Below, piece after piece: positions 1-12,816 of a stretch of 64,000 bases of DNA. Under the pieces are notes generated by a model. That model made no database searches. It had not been told where the DNA came from and saw only the letters and a list, made by a program, of their open reading frames with translations. The translations under genes were made by a program, and so were the position numbers. Each line of letters opens with the position of its first letter. The first letter of the stretch is position 1. Source of the stretch: Bispira polyomma (lineage: Eukaryota); assembly GCA_965649765.1 (NCBI GenBank), contig OZ287754.1, positions 35,464,001 to 35,528,000 on the forward strand, written 5' to 3'.

Positions 1-46
1 TTAGGAACTGAGACAGCAGGCCCCCTAAAGAGGTTGTGCTAGCAAC

Positions 47-178
47 AGTGTGATTGGCCCTAGTGTAACTATGGTAAAATGCCTTGCGGATAGCTATACC
101 TAATTTTTAAAATAAGGTGGGTTGTTATAATTAAAGTGGACTGAGATAGCAGTCTCCTGAAGTAGATGTGCTTAGCAC
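47..178. repeat. Terminal direct repeat of element A (partner at 8347-8478)
   Basis: agtgtgattggccc-agtgta-ctatggtaaaat...ggatagctatacctaatt...actgagata...ctgaagtaga occurs in the same orientation at both positions. Split direct repeats are typical of Ngaro/PAT elements. Confidence 0.8.
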
Positions 179-369
179 AGTCCCCGTTGTTAAGGTTAAG
201 ATAGAAGGTCAAAGTTATGTGAGTGAATTCAAATTTGCCAGTTTGTGGTGGAAGTTCAGTAACACAGAGATAGTAGAAGATTTCACTTTGAGGTTTTATT
301 TTTTACATGTTAGTAGTCTATATACATGATATTACATAAAGGTAAGATGCTTAAAAATTTATTTAAACA

Positions 370-1350
370 TCACAAAGTTTTACAACCCCAAGCCAAACCT
401 AGGAAGAGTGGGAGACAGCAGAAACAAAGGTTAAAGGGACCACTGAAGCAGCTTGTGATGTGTTTTGTAGATATGTCCAAACAGCAGATGACCTCCACAA
501 TCCGTGGGCCATAATATTCTGGAGTGAGACATTTTGATTGAATACAAAAGGTGGCTCCCGACCTTCTGAAGGCATGGAATCCATGTGAACTATGTTGAAT
601 GACAATATGTTGTAGAATCTTTTGTAAAGCAGATCTTACGTGAGAATCAATAATTGTGTGATATGGTGGAATTTTTGATGCAAAAAGTGGTGCCTTGTTC
701 GAAATTTGTCTGGACAAAAGCAGTTTCTTGAGAGCTAAAACTGGGCAAATGTGTGAATTGTCCAGTAGTGGAATCTGAATAATATAAGTGTCAGTTCGAT
801 TTTGTAGATTTTTAGCCTATTTCAAAACCATATGAGCTTCTGGCTGGCCAAAAATGACATCCTGTCTAAGAAAATGCCTGGTGTTGTCAAATGCTGATTT
901 AGAATGAGGAGCTATGTTCGATAGCCTCAAGAAACCAAATAAGGCCACTAAAAAGATAGCCCTAAAGAGTAATGGGTCATCCAGGATTTCACAAGGTTTA
1001 GATATGAGAATCAGCTGTTCTATGGTAAAGATACCTTTGGGTTTGGGTCTAAATACCGAATTATGTGTGAGACTTCTGGTGAATAATGAGACTGCATTGT
1101 GTGTAAATGGAGTAACATTTCAATTGAGTTTAGAAGCTACAAATTTCAGGGCTGTTAGATAATTATTAATTGCTCCTGGTGATAGCTGGTTCTGCACCAG
1201 GTACTCCAAAAAAGCAATAACTGCATGTACATTGATAGTAACAATTCCTGTGAACTTAAGAAAAGCTATAAATGTCTTATATTGTGCATTGTATGCTGTA
1301 GTTGTCTTTGGTCTTAAGGCTAAGTCAATTCTGGCATTGGCTGAAACCAT
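370..1350 (-). pseudogene. Tyrosine recombinase of element A (frameshifted)
   Basis: Fragments LRPKTTTAYNAQYKTF...AINNYLTALK, FGFLRLSNIAPHS (read across frames), HGFHAFRRSGAT and HGLWRSSAVWTY carry the R...HxxR...H/W...Y catalytic residues. Confidence 0.9.
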
Positions 1351-1382
1351 CAGAGCCTGGGTGATGCATGTAGAACCTGAAA

Positions 1383-3144
1383 TTATATAGATAAGTCCAA
1401 ATTGAAGTATTCAATTGGTACTTGATGCCATTTAAAGCTGCTGTCTATCTTATTTATGAGCTCTTGCTCCAACGCCTTGTCTGAATATAATCTAGACAAA
1501 GCATCTGCAATAACATTTTTCTTACCAGGTATATGTCTAATTTTTAAAGTAATGTCATAAGTAGCTGTTAGTAACCAGATATTTCTTAAGCATAAGGCCA
1601 AGAAAATATTTTTTGTGATTCGACAACCAAAACACAGTCATGTTATCACAGTTGACTACCATGTCTCCACTTCTCTACCTATACACATAAAGCGATGATT
1701 ATGTTCAGCATTTTGAGGTGTACAATTGTAAATTTTCCATCGAAAATGTCATAAAACGGTGTGGCATAAACCTCACCATTCCAAACGCCCCCAAAACTTG
1801 TAAGGCAAGCGTCTAGGTGCAGCTCCTCTGCATGTGGTATAACGTCATGGTTAATAATACTGTTATATCATTCTAAAAACTTTTAAAACCATAGAAAGTC
1901 ATTTTTTATTCCATTAGTTACTTCAAAACGCTTATTTGAATGACCAGCTCGAAATTCAGCCAATAATCTGTTCACAAAAGTTTGCCCTGGAGTAACACAT
2001 TTATGAATATAGAGGAGCTTACCTAATAATGATTGAAACTAATTTTTAGATATATATACTGCCTGTGTAGAACCTCACTGCAAATGTCATACACTTCTTT
2101 TATCTTTTCCATCTGTATACTTATAACGCCTTTGGTAATATCAAAATCAATTCTTAGACAAGTAAGCTTATTCGTTGGTGGAGTTAACTTATCCTGATTC
2201 ATTGGGAGGCCTAACTCTTGTAGCAATGTGTGAAGCTTGTCAAAGCCTGCCATAGCTTTATCCTTCTAAACTACGCAAATGTAATGATCTATGTATCCGA
2301 ATACCTTAAAACTCTGCTTCCACATATAGGCAGTAACTGTGTCTGTGCATCGCTGAAAAGCTATGCTTCCATGAACCCACCCAAATGCAATCACAGGGTC
2401 CACATAATACTCATCTTTTCAAGAAATATCTAGCTTTATTGCATCCACAGGGTCTACCCGTAGGTTTCTAAACACCCTGGCCACGTGTGATGTCTTGTGT
2501 GATGTCTTGTAGGAAATTTTAATACGAGCTTTAATAAAGCGAGTTGCCATATGGATGAGACAAGTTTAAAATTACTCTCCGTTTGTTGGTATCTTTGGGT
2601 CTTGTGAGAAGAGAACAATGGCAGTCTGAAGTCTTTACTTCCTTAACTGGACATAACATGGCCCCTAAATCAGTTTCTTTCTTGAGATATTTCCCAATCT
2701 CATAGGGATACTGTAAAGCTGAGTAATGATTCTTTACCTTAACATTTTAGTTGGAGTACTCAAACATAGAGGAAATCCAAATGTAATATATTGGAGTAAT
2801 AGTTTGTCAGGATAATCCTGAAGCATGTGTTTCCAAGCTTGTGTATTCAGCCCAGAACTAAGTGGTATTCTGGCTGATGTATAGTTTGGAACTTCTGTCT
2901 GTTTTATAATTTGTGCAGTGGTAATCATGTCTTCTACTGTTTTGATATGTATTGGCTGCTTATCTGGGCCTTGAAATTCAAAGTCAGTATCTGATAGTGC
3001 AATAAAACCTACAGTCTTATTTTTGTCATTAATGTCAGTGACCATCCTGTTCACAGGTTCACTGGCCCTTATCATATAAGTCATTTGGGAGAAGAATTCG
3101 GACGACGCAGGGTGAGTATATTTTTCATCACAATAACTTACCAT
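1383..3144 (-). pseudogene. Reverse transcriptase/RNase H of element A (many stops and frameshifts)
   Basis: SGLNTQAWKHMLQDYPDKLLLQYITFGFPL; YIDHYICV (YxDD-like); LLQELGLPMNQDKLTPP; HIPGKKNVIADALSR (RNase H C-terminus). Confidence 0.85.
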
Positions 3145-4847
3145 GCTTTTAGTAGTGTCAGAGCTACTATTTCCATTCTGTTCACTCTCGCCTGTTGACT
3201 TTACACTTTTCCAGTATTGACTGTATTTACATCTTCACAACATTCAATTAACATGTCAATTACATTTTTTACAAACTGAGTGTATGTTTTACCATTTGAT
3301 TTTAAACACTGCATGTCTTTTTGGTAATAATAAAAATCATTACTAGCTTGCTTTTGTTGCTTAGCTGTAACTATAATAAAACCCCTTTGCCAAATAATCA
3401 GGTCCCCCCATGTGAATAATTAGAAAACTTTTTCCAGTGGCAAAATTAGGTAAAGACCAATTGGTCACACTAATTTTTACCTTTACCTTGATGGCCCCCC
3501 CTTCAGGGTCGTCACTCTGCATGTGGCCTGTATGATTTTTGTCATGATGATTTCCTGTTATTTCACAGTAGTTGAAGCTACTCTCCCCTGTGGCCGACTT
3601 GACTATTCCTTGCACCCTGGTAGGTAAAAGCGTTTGCTGCTGCCTCTGGACAGACCCGAAATCACCATAAATGCTTCCTGAAATGTTCTCAGATATTATA
3701 TTTGACAACACATTATGATTACAGTTTGACTTAAATCTATTGTCTCTCAGAAACAAATCATTTTTAAATTGTCTTTGTCTACATAACTAAGACTGTTTTT
3801 ACTTAAAGAATTGTCTTCATCTACTCTTAAATCTACAGTATTTATCAATGTCACTTTCTGCCTAACTGGTTGTCGAATGTCTCCCTAGCTGCTTTTCACA
3901 TTTTGACTGTCAGATTGCTTACTAGAGTTTGCCTTAAAACATTTAAATTCTAGGTGACCACATTCCCTAGAACTTTGGAACAGTACTAGCATTGATGCTT
4001 ATAATTTCCATGATCATTTTTGTGACTGCATTTACCATTATTAGATAGCTTACATATTGTTTTCTGTAACATTGGACATACCCTGATCGTGGTTGTTGAC
4101 CATGGCTAACTCAGACGCGCTCCTTCAATTTAGCGCCAATTACGTGTGATCTTGCCACGTCAAGCGTCCCTTCTCAATTTCTTGCATATTTGATGCCCAC
4201 GCCATCCTCACCACAGGCCGGGGTAGTGATGAAGCATCTCGAAGCGTGAATACTATCTGGGTCATTATGTCCCTCATGGCTGTGTTATCTGCGACAAGGA
4301 GTGATAGGCGGGACGTTTATGAGAAGAAGTAGTGACGTTCATTGCTAAACAACCCTCGTTGTGCCAACGGTATCTCAGATCAACTGTGGCAACATCAGTA
4401 GAATTAAACCAGCCAGACTTAACCCTTTGGTTCTGCTTACCTTGGGACAGTTCCTTCTGTGCCAACAACTCGTAACTGGCCAATTGGCGTGTAACTGCTG
4501 ACTGCACGTCAGCCATGGAGCAAAGAGTCTCTAGGTTAGGAACAATGCCATCCCGGTTGTATTTGTGGTGTGTGGGCCCCAATGGTGGTTGCTGTGTGAT
4601 TCCAACTTCCGAAGGCAGAGTGGTAAACTTGGACCGCTGCGTCCAAGTGTTGTAGTACTGCTTGTGAACTGGCTAGAACTACTGGCCGAGTTGATAGCCG
4701 TGGCCGTTTTAGCTTCGACTTTTTCAAGCCTAGATTTCAATCTTCTCAATATTTCTAACATCTCGTTATGTGGATCTACTGACGTTTGTGAATTGACCGG
4801 TGGCTGTATGAACTGGAGATCAGCCTGGAATAAGCCAGCATGCCAGG

Positions 4848-7800
4848 TCCATCAGGAACAAGGGCCCCTCAGGAACAAGGGCCCCTCAGTTGTGGACAGT
4901 ATACTCAGCAACAAACTTGACGTAGCAGGTATCACTGAGACATAGATTGAAAAAAAATGACACTGACTCTTTTCTGGAAAGTATTACCCCCCCCCCCCCC
5001 CCACCCCTGCATACATTTTCCTTCAAAAGCCCCATAGAGATAGGAGAGGCGGTGGAGTTGGCGTCTTTGTGAAAAAGATTTTCAATGTCACTGAAATCAA
5101 TCTTCCTAATTTTGCCTCATTCGAATCCATCTACCTAAAAATTACTCATGGTTCTTTTTCCTTTTGCCTCTTGACGGTTTACAGGCCACCATGTCTCTCA
5201 AAATCTTTTTTTGCCTCTGACTGAATGGTTCTTATGGAAATAATTAATACTACATCTCTTGAGACGTTAATAACAGGTAATTTCAACATCCCTATGGACA
5301 AAGGTGACAGCTCATCTACAGACTTCACAGAACTATTTACCAGATTCGATTACACCCAACACATCACCAAACCAACACACATTCATGGTCACATTTTAGA
5401 CCTGATAATAACAAAATCAGACCCATCTTCGTTAAATCATTCGTGGCTGAGGGTATTTCTGACCATTTCACTGTCGACCTCCACATCAAATTTCCTCACA
5501 CATACACAATGGGTAAAACTTTACAGTTTAGAAATATTAATAAAATCAATATTGACAAGTTTAAAAGTGATATGGCATCCTCTGAACTTCTCATAAACCC
5601 AAAGACTAATGCTACTGATCTATGTGATCAATACAAAACTGGGAGATATTAAAGACAATCACACCCCCCTTCGGGAAAAAAATGTTTCGTCCCACCCAGA
5701 CTGCAGCTGGATCACCCCAGAAAGCCTCACTGCAAAAAAGCGGAAACGGTTCCTGGAGAAAATACGGCACCACACTAAATCCAGGGTTGACAGGTCACAC
5801 TACAGAGCGGCTGTAAACCATCACAACAGGCTCCTGTCAAAGGTTAAGAAAGATCACTACGATTCTCTCATCTCAAGAAATTGCACAGATTCAAGGAAAT
5901 TTTGGCAATCTGTAAAGAAGATACTTCATAAAGTTACAGATAGTGTTCTACCGTACTGTAACAAATTTTCTGAAGTGCAAATTCATTTGGAAAATTTTTC
6001 TCAGGGAAGATTGATAAAATCCGTATGGCTTTCAAGACATCCACCTTTCTTAACACCCCAACTCCACCATACAAACCGGCTACCTTAAATAAGTTCAGAA
6101 CACTAAGATGAAGTCCTTAAAATCATTACTTCATCCCCTTCCAAACAATGTGACCTAGACCCTATCTCAACTTCCTTACTGAAGGACTGTATAAATATCC
6201 TGTTAACTCCAATCACAAACATTATAAACTACTCACTCCAAGAGGGCTGCTTCCCCAAATCGTTCAGAACTGCCAATGTAACCCCCATACTTAAAAAGCC
6301 AAATCTAGACAGAATTAACCTTAAAAATTACAGACCAGTATCAAATCTAAGCTTTGTCTCAAAATTGATTGAGAAAGCTGTCTCTCTCCAAATAAATGTA
6401 CACCTGTAAAAACACCTGTACACAAACCATATGGGAAATACACACCAATCAGCCTACAGAAAATTCCATTCAACTCAAACAGCACTTTTTAAAATTAACA
6501 GTGACATCAGTATGATCTTAGATAGGGGTGGTGTGGTTGCCCTTACCCTCCTCGATTTGTCTACTGCATTTGACACAATTGACCACAAGATACTTTCTGA
6601 ATGCCCTAATTCTTGGTTCGGGTTATCTGACTCGGTTCTTCAATGAATTAAATCCTATTTCAAATGCTGTGATGAAATTATCAGGGTCAACGAAGCTAAG
6701 TCATCTCCCTTTGATCTCCCTTTCGGTGTCCCTCAAGGTTCTGTCCTAGGGCCCCTTCTGTTCTTACTGTACACTACTCCCCTTGAAAGTATAATATCCT
6801 CACACCACAATATTGGCTATCACTTCTATGCAGATGACACACAGATCTACTGCTCCCTCACTCCTAAAAATTGTTCTTCGATCCTGGAACAGCTTTCTAG
6901 CTGCCTGTCTTCAATTGAATCTTGGATGAATAATTCAAAATTGAAACTCAACCTTGACAAAACAGAATTCCTACTTATTGGCTCCAAACATCAGAGGGAA
7001 AAGGTTCTTGACTTCTTCCCTGCTACTCTCCTTGGTAACAGTACTGTTCCTGTTGAAAGTGCGAAGAACCTAGGAGTTACTTTTGACTGTGACTACTACT
7101 TCAAAAACATGTCTCGAATATCTGTCGTTCCTGCTACGGCAACATCCATGACTTTTGCAGGATTCGACGACGATTTAACCCATGAAAATGCCATTGCAGT
7201 GGCATTTTCATGGGTTAAATGTCGACTAGATTACTGTAACTCACTACTATATGGAATTGGAAAGGGAAAAATAAACAAACTACAGAAAATACAAAATAAC
7301 CTGTGCAGAATAGTAAGCCATGCTGGCCCTCGCACTTACACTACTCCCCTTCTGAAACAATTACATTTGTTACCTATTGAGTTTTGCATTAAAGGTAATT
7401 GGCCTTTTTTAAGACTTTCCATGTACATCAACCTGCCTACTTATCATCTATGCTGTCTCTCAGCAATCTCACCAGAGGTGATCGTCTCTCCACCTCTAGT
7501 TTCCTACCAAAAAAACAAGCTGGTTCAAAATCATTCTTAGTTGCAGCACCTGCTGAGTGGAATAGCCTCCCTACCAGTCTTCGGACTGAGACGAGCATCA
7601 TGGATTTCAGAAAAAGGCTCAAAACACATTTGTATCAGCTCGCTTTTCCACCCTAACATGCATCTGATGGTCACGACTGAATCTCTGATCACGAACCTTT
7701 TTCCGTCTACCGGACTATGCTCTTGCACAATGACTAGGATATGCGCCACAGAGGATGCCAGGTCTTCAGTGGCCGAGTGGTTAGCAAGTTTGGCATCTAA

Positions 7801-7973
7801 TCACAGGCTGTCACCTCTGTGTGGGTTTGCCTCCCACAAGTGACAACTGGTGTGGGCCTGTCCCAATATGACCCTGGCTGTTGAACGGGGCATAAAACCC
7901 TAAACGTTGACTTTCACAGAGGATGCCTGGTCATCGATTGTGGCACTATAGAAGTAAAAACATTAACATAAAC
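4848..7973 (+). mobile_element. L2/CR1-group LINE with near-complete ORF2 (APE endonuclease + RT), decayed, inserted into the gag of element A
   Basis: ARSIRNK...LDVAGITET, GGGVG, VYRPP, GNFNI, HGHILDLII, SDHF (endonuclease); [54 protein letters not shown] (RT); FRKRLKTHLY 3' end; ends in an acatta-like tail. Confidence 0.93.
7760..7914 (+). mobile_element. tRNA-derived SINE inserted in the L2 3' UTR
   Basis: A-box-like TGGCCGAGTGG and degenerate B-box GGGTTTGCCTCCC; perfect 13-bp TSD CACAGAGGATGCC at 7747-7759 and 7915-7927. Confidence 0.85.
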
Positions 7974-8346
7974 ACTTGGTGTACAAGTTAACGGTTTATC
8001 TACTTCGGCAAGATGGCTACGAAGGGCCCGAACAATATTATCAGTTACCTGTGAACCGTCTGTTCCACTTGTAGCATTTAATACCTTGGTCTTACGGTTG
8101 ACTGCATTCTTTGTCTGTTCAGGGGTTTTAGTCATCTTACCCATCATTATGTGCACAATCAATTCCAATAACACCTTCCTTATAATATGATAAATGATAA
8201 AATGTAAAGTTTAAAACAATTCATTAAAAACAAAACAAATAATTTTTCATATAAGTTGAAATAATTTCTACTTGTTGCTTCTTCAAAGTCAATTTCAATA
8301 TGGAGGTATAACCCCAAGAAGACCGGGAATTGCTAATTAATTCAGC

Positions 8347-8478
8347 AGTGTGATTGGCCCCAGTGTAGCTATGGTAAAATACTCTGAGGATAGCTATACC
8401 TAATTCTAAATTAAGGTGGGGTGTTATATTTAATGTGAACTGAGATAACGGTCTGCTGAAGTAGACGTCCTTAGCAAC
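8347..8478. repeat. Terminal direct repeat of element A (partner at 47-178)
   Basis: Diverged direct copy of 47-178, upstream of the gag-like start. Confidence 0.8.
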
Positions 8479-8489
8479 CTGTGTATTTA

Positions 8490-9260
8490 GACGCCTCCCT
8501 AAATGGTGTAGGCGGTCTTTGGAATAACCACTGCCTCCATGAAAACATTTGCATTAAAGGGGTGTTTTATGGTGCATATGGAAATGGTTAACATGTTAAT
8601 TACTATGTGTACTTTCTGTTCCTTGGAGGGCTACTTGTATGACCTATTACATTAATAAATACTTTGACACACAGTCGTATAAGGGACGTATACTTGCAAG
8701 CAGCGGCACGTTCTGTATGGTTAATATCCTTAACACATGCTATTACCCTTCAATTTGTGTATATCAATACCAAAGACAATTTTAAAGCGGACTGTTTGTC
8801 ACAGTTACTCTGCCCTAATAGTGGGCGTCATTGGCACTTAGCCAATTCCTGCTCTGCCCTCAACAATTACCTCAGTATGTTGAGGCATTATTTCAAATTC
8901 TATAATGTAGATATGTCACCACTTTGTCATAGGAAAGTTCAGGTGTTGGTAAAATCTGTAGCTATCAAAGGTAATATTTCTGTGGACATGTTACAACAGA
9001 TTGTCCTCCACTGCCATCAAATCCTAAATGGTAATGCCATGGTAGTCCCAGGCTGCATTTTTATTGGCATTTTTTGCTTTCTTTATGCTTTCCAATTTAG
9101 TTCCTACAAAATCCTGTAAGTTTGACGTCACCAGGCATCTACTAGTGAGTTATTGTATTTGGAGTTCACCTGGGGCTCATATAATAGTAAAATGAGGAAA
9201 AACCATGCAGCTTAGTACAAATCCCTCATATACCCAATTCTCCCCTCTGCCCTGTTCAGT
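8490..9260 (+). mobile_element. Internally deleted DIRS/Ngaro fragment (RNase H end joined to recombinase)
   Basis: RDVYLQAAARSVWL...NFKADCLS, then NNYLSMLRHYFK and AAFLLAFFAF...SNLVP...FDVTRHL; homologous to elements A and B but on the opposite strand. Confidence 0.75.
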
Positions 9261-9751
9261 CCCCACCCCACCAGGAGAAAAAAGGTAAGTGAAAGAATGC
9301 TCTGCGGATACTGATTTATTAATATATATCTTCTCTAATACTACAATATATTCACAGGTACATACGATTATAGAGATTATACAGACATTAAGTTATCACT
9401 GATCACCAACCTATGGTGACCTTACATTTACTATACGGGCACTCTAAGGTGATCTTACCCAAAGGGTTTATTACATTTACTGGGTCCCACTAAGGTGACC
9501 TTAAATTCAGTTTAAGTCATCCTGTTAAGGTGACCTTAATTTAACATTTTTTACAAGTGATTTTTAACCAACCGTCACCCTATAAGGTGACCTTAAGTTT
9601 TATACTATCGTTTTTAACATTTCAGGTTTGTGACCTGTTAGAGTCACCATGACTATAGATGTATGTGTAATACATCAACTAAAAAGACAAATTTAACGTA
9701 AACAGAGTATTATACAATAATAAAAACCCTCAAGCCAAACTAGTAGGGCAT

Positions 9752-10749
9752 TTAAAACATCTTATCTTTTGTATTTTGTAGTGATCTAGCTACTGTTTCA
9801 TTTGTATTTGCATCACCTTGTATATACCTCCAGACGCAGTCCGACCTCCAGGTGCCATGCTGCTGAATTTGCTGTATAGGGATATTTGCATTATATGCAA
9901 ACGTAGCCCCTGAACGTTGGAAGGCGTGAAATGTGTAATGGTTAGGGGCTAAGCCTGAATGAATATTTATTGCAGACAATACCTTACGTACCCTTGTGTC
10001 AGTTAGTACTTGTTTTTTATACTGAAACAAAGGACTTAGCATATGTGGGTTATGTGACTTTAACATGTTTTTAAGTGCACTGTATGGACACAGCAGAGGT
10101 GTGGATAGTTTTGGTAAAGTTAATATATGGACTTTATCCCTAGTTTGCAGGGTTTTGGTCCATTTAATGAGGATTTTTACAGAATCTTCTGTGAAAAAGA
10201 CATCAGCAGGTGTCAGATGTCTGGTGGGATCAAATGCAGAAATTGCATGAGGAGCAATATTTGATAGGCGTAAAAATCCAAAGAAGGCAGTTAAAAATGC
10301 TGCTTTGAACACAGGGGTAGATTCATTAACACAGACTGCTTTATTATATTGGTTAATGCTGATATAACCATGATGTTGTGAATCGTAACCGACAAAGGTC
10401 TACTTATTTTTATGGCTTTCAAGTAATACTTAATTTTTTGATTTTCAAGGGGGGAGACACAGAGCCCTAAAATGTTAGCTTTGATTGCTGAAATGTAATT
10501 AGTCATCATTTGACTAGAAACCTTGTTGAACATTAAAAACTCTAGGAAAGACATTACAAATGTAACTGATACTTGCTGTAATTCTACTTTCAAGTATACA
10601 CAAAAGGCTACAAATATCCTGAACTGTTGGGTGTAGGTGCTCAGTGTCTTAGGCCTGAATGCCGCCTTAAGTCTGGAGTTTGCTTGTGAACCCAGCTTCC
10701 CAAGGAGCCTGTGTCCTTTAACAAAGTACAGTACACTGTTATTATTCAA
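9752..10749 (-). pseudogene. Tyrosine recombinase of element B (one frameshift near 10300)
   Basis: FKAAFLTAFFGFLRLSNIAPH, HYTFHAFQRSGAT, HGTWRSDCVWRY. Confidence 0.92.
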
Positions 10750-10752
10750 TTA

Positions 10753-11820
10753 TTATAATTCGCTATCAAGTGTTAACAGTTCTATTGAGGTCGACAACCA
10801 GGCATGATTTTTTACATAAGTACAAAGTTCCTGATAGTTGTCAATGGTATTCTGCCATCTTGATAGCAGATCAGCTGTTCTGTTCAGTTTTCCCAAAATG
10901 TGGACGTATTGAAATTCTATATCTGCTACTGCAGCTGTGTACCAGATATTTCTAGCACACGCTGCCAGGAAGGGGTCCCTTGCTTTGCCCAATTAAAATG
11001 CCCATACCACTGCCTGGTTGTCACATTTTATTAAGACCTTTCTGCCAGCCCACTCCCTTTGAAACAATCTAGCTGCTAACAATACATTCACCGTGTACAA
11101 TGCTGAGGCTCATATAACCTCTGGGAACCTGCAGGTGATATACACAATTTCTCCATACACCTCCTGGCCCTGTAAGACACACATTCAATTCTAACACAAA
11201 GTCTACCGCCTATGATCATACATGGACACTCCGTTATACTGTGGGAGAAACTTATTGAACCATCTCAAGTCTCTGTGAAAGCAATTACTTATTTTAATGC
11301 TATTTGTGGCATGTGCACCCCTTAGTAACTCCAGCATTCTGTTGAGAAATATTCTGGCTGGTTTTACAACAAAAGTCCAAGTAACGATTGCAATTGACAT
11401 TTTGTACAGGTGTCTTTTGTGAGCCATTTTGTGACTGTGTCTTGAATTGTGATTAGTTTGTCTTGAGGTATTGAAATTATACCTTTAACTGTGTCTATGA
11501 GGACTCTCAGACAAACCGCCTGTGTTGCTGGAGTAATCAGCATTTTTGCACTGATGGTCAGACCTAAGTCTTGGAGAGTTTTCAGTTAAGCAGTCATAAG
11601 ATTTGTGCACTTTAGAGGGCATATCGTATCCGATAAAATTGTCGATGTAGTTTATTACTGTAACCTTGGTTACATAATATAATGCACAGCATCACTTAAT
11701 CTCTGTAAAATTTGGCTACCGTGTTTATTTCCAAACGGTAGACACATGTCTACATATGCGCCATGCCAATGCAAGCCTAATAGGTCAAAGTCATGGGGGT
11801 CTATTTTGGTAATTTTTACA
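10753..11820 (-). pseudogene. RT/RNase H of element B, with the RT N-terminus deleted
   Basis: IDPHDFDLLGL, DMCLPFG, NYIDNFIG, KPARIFLNRML, IKCDNQAV, HILGKLNRTADLLSRW. Confidence 0.85.
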
Positions 11821-11829
11821 GAACCAAGG

Positions 11830-12816
11830 TTATTTGGTGTTTTCAGTACTTCTACCCCAATTAAGTTTTCCTGAAGCTGGGATGTGTTTTTGCGCATGGG
11901 CTCTGCGAATTCTGTCAATACGAGATGTGTTCTGCCAAGTGACAATACCTCTTTCCATTTCGCACAACAGAACCGCGTGAGCTGCCTTAGCCCTTTGCCA
12001 CGAAAAATCTGTTGCATCTTCCATTAATTCTGACATGTACTGAACCATTTTCTCCTTGGTTGAGCTATCAGGCTCTTCCATTATATTTCTACAAAACTTT
12101 GTACCCACAACTTTGTACCCATAACTCTCTGCCTACTACTACCTCCCAGAATACACTCATGTGGCCAGGCCACCTTATTTTTGACAATCACTTCTACATT
12201 TCCCCCCCTTTTTGACTTTATTTTAGAGGTCAAATGTTTACCTGAACAAGCACCTTCACATTCTAAGTCTCTCAACCTGCTATCGACTTCCCTTTGTATA
12301 TTCTGAGATGTTCTCAGTACTGACATAGAAGGTATTACAGACTCACCAAAGGAGGTTTCACTATCACTTGAGACTTTTTTACTTTTCATTGTTCTTTTGT
12401 CTTTACTACTCAGTTTATGAAAAAGCATTTCACTATCGCTATCTGGAGATTTAGTTCTTGAACTGATTTTTCTAGTTTTACTGTATTGTTTATAAGAACC
12501 ACTACTTATCTTAGCATTGTCCCGTTTACTGTGTTGACCTCTGCCTCTCTTTGACCGTGTGTCCGCCACTAGTTCCTCCACCAAGTCCAGCCTTGAATTG
12601 ACCTTCTGAAGTTCTTTCAGGATCTGCCATCATACTTTCCTCTTCTTCATTGGAGGAAGTCCCTGCTTCGGTCGTGTCTTCGGGAGGGGTCTCCGGCTGC
12701 ACAGCTTCTTCCACTCGTGAACTCTCCATGTGCTGTTCTACTTGGCATTTTTTACTCGTAGGTGGACAATGCCTCGTCATACATTTTTTACACAGCACTT
12801 TACTACGCTTTGGCAT
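11830..12816 (-). pseudogene. gag-like ORF of element B
   Basis: N-terminal CKKCMTRHCPPTSKKC; KSKRGG...VAWPHECILGG; LMEDATDFSWQRAKAAHAVLLCEMERG...RIDRIRRAHAQ, shared with the ORF at 36729-37670. Confidence 0.8.

Larger units (their letters stand above)
1..8480 (-). mobile_element. Decayed tyrosine-recombinase retrotransposon (DIRS order, Ngaro/PAT-like), copy A; interrupted by an L2 LINE; its 3' end runs off the window
   Basis: On the minus strand the order is gag-like (about 8150-7975 and 4800-3950), RT (3144-2023), RNase H (1900-1383), tyrosine recombinase (1350-370). A ~130 bp direct repeat is present at both ends (47-178 and 8347-8478). Confidence 0.85.

Noticed and set aside
7760-7845. 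tRNA gene
   Set aside because: Degenerate B box, no complete cloverleaf, and a tail plus TSD indicate a SINE.
370-10749. Phage integrases or prophage
   Set aside because: The recombinases are linked to RT, RNase H and gag in DIRS order, so they are eukaryotic retrotransposon genes.
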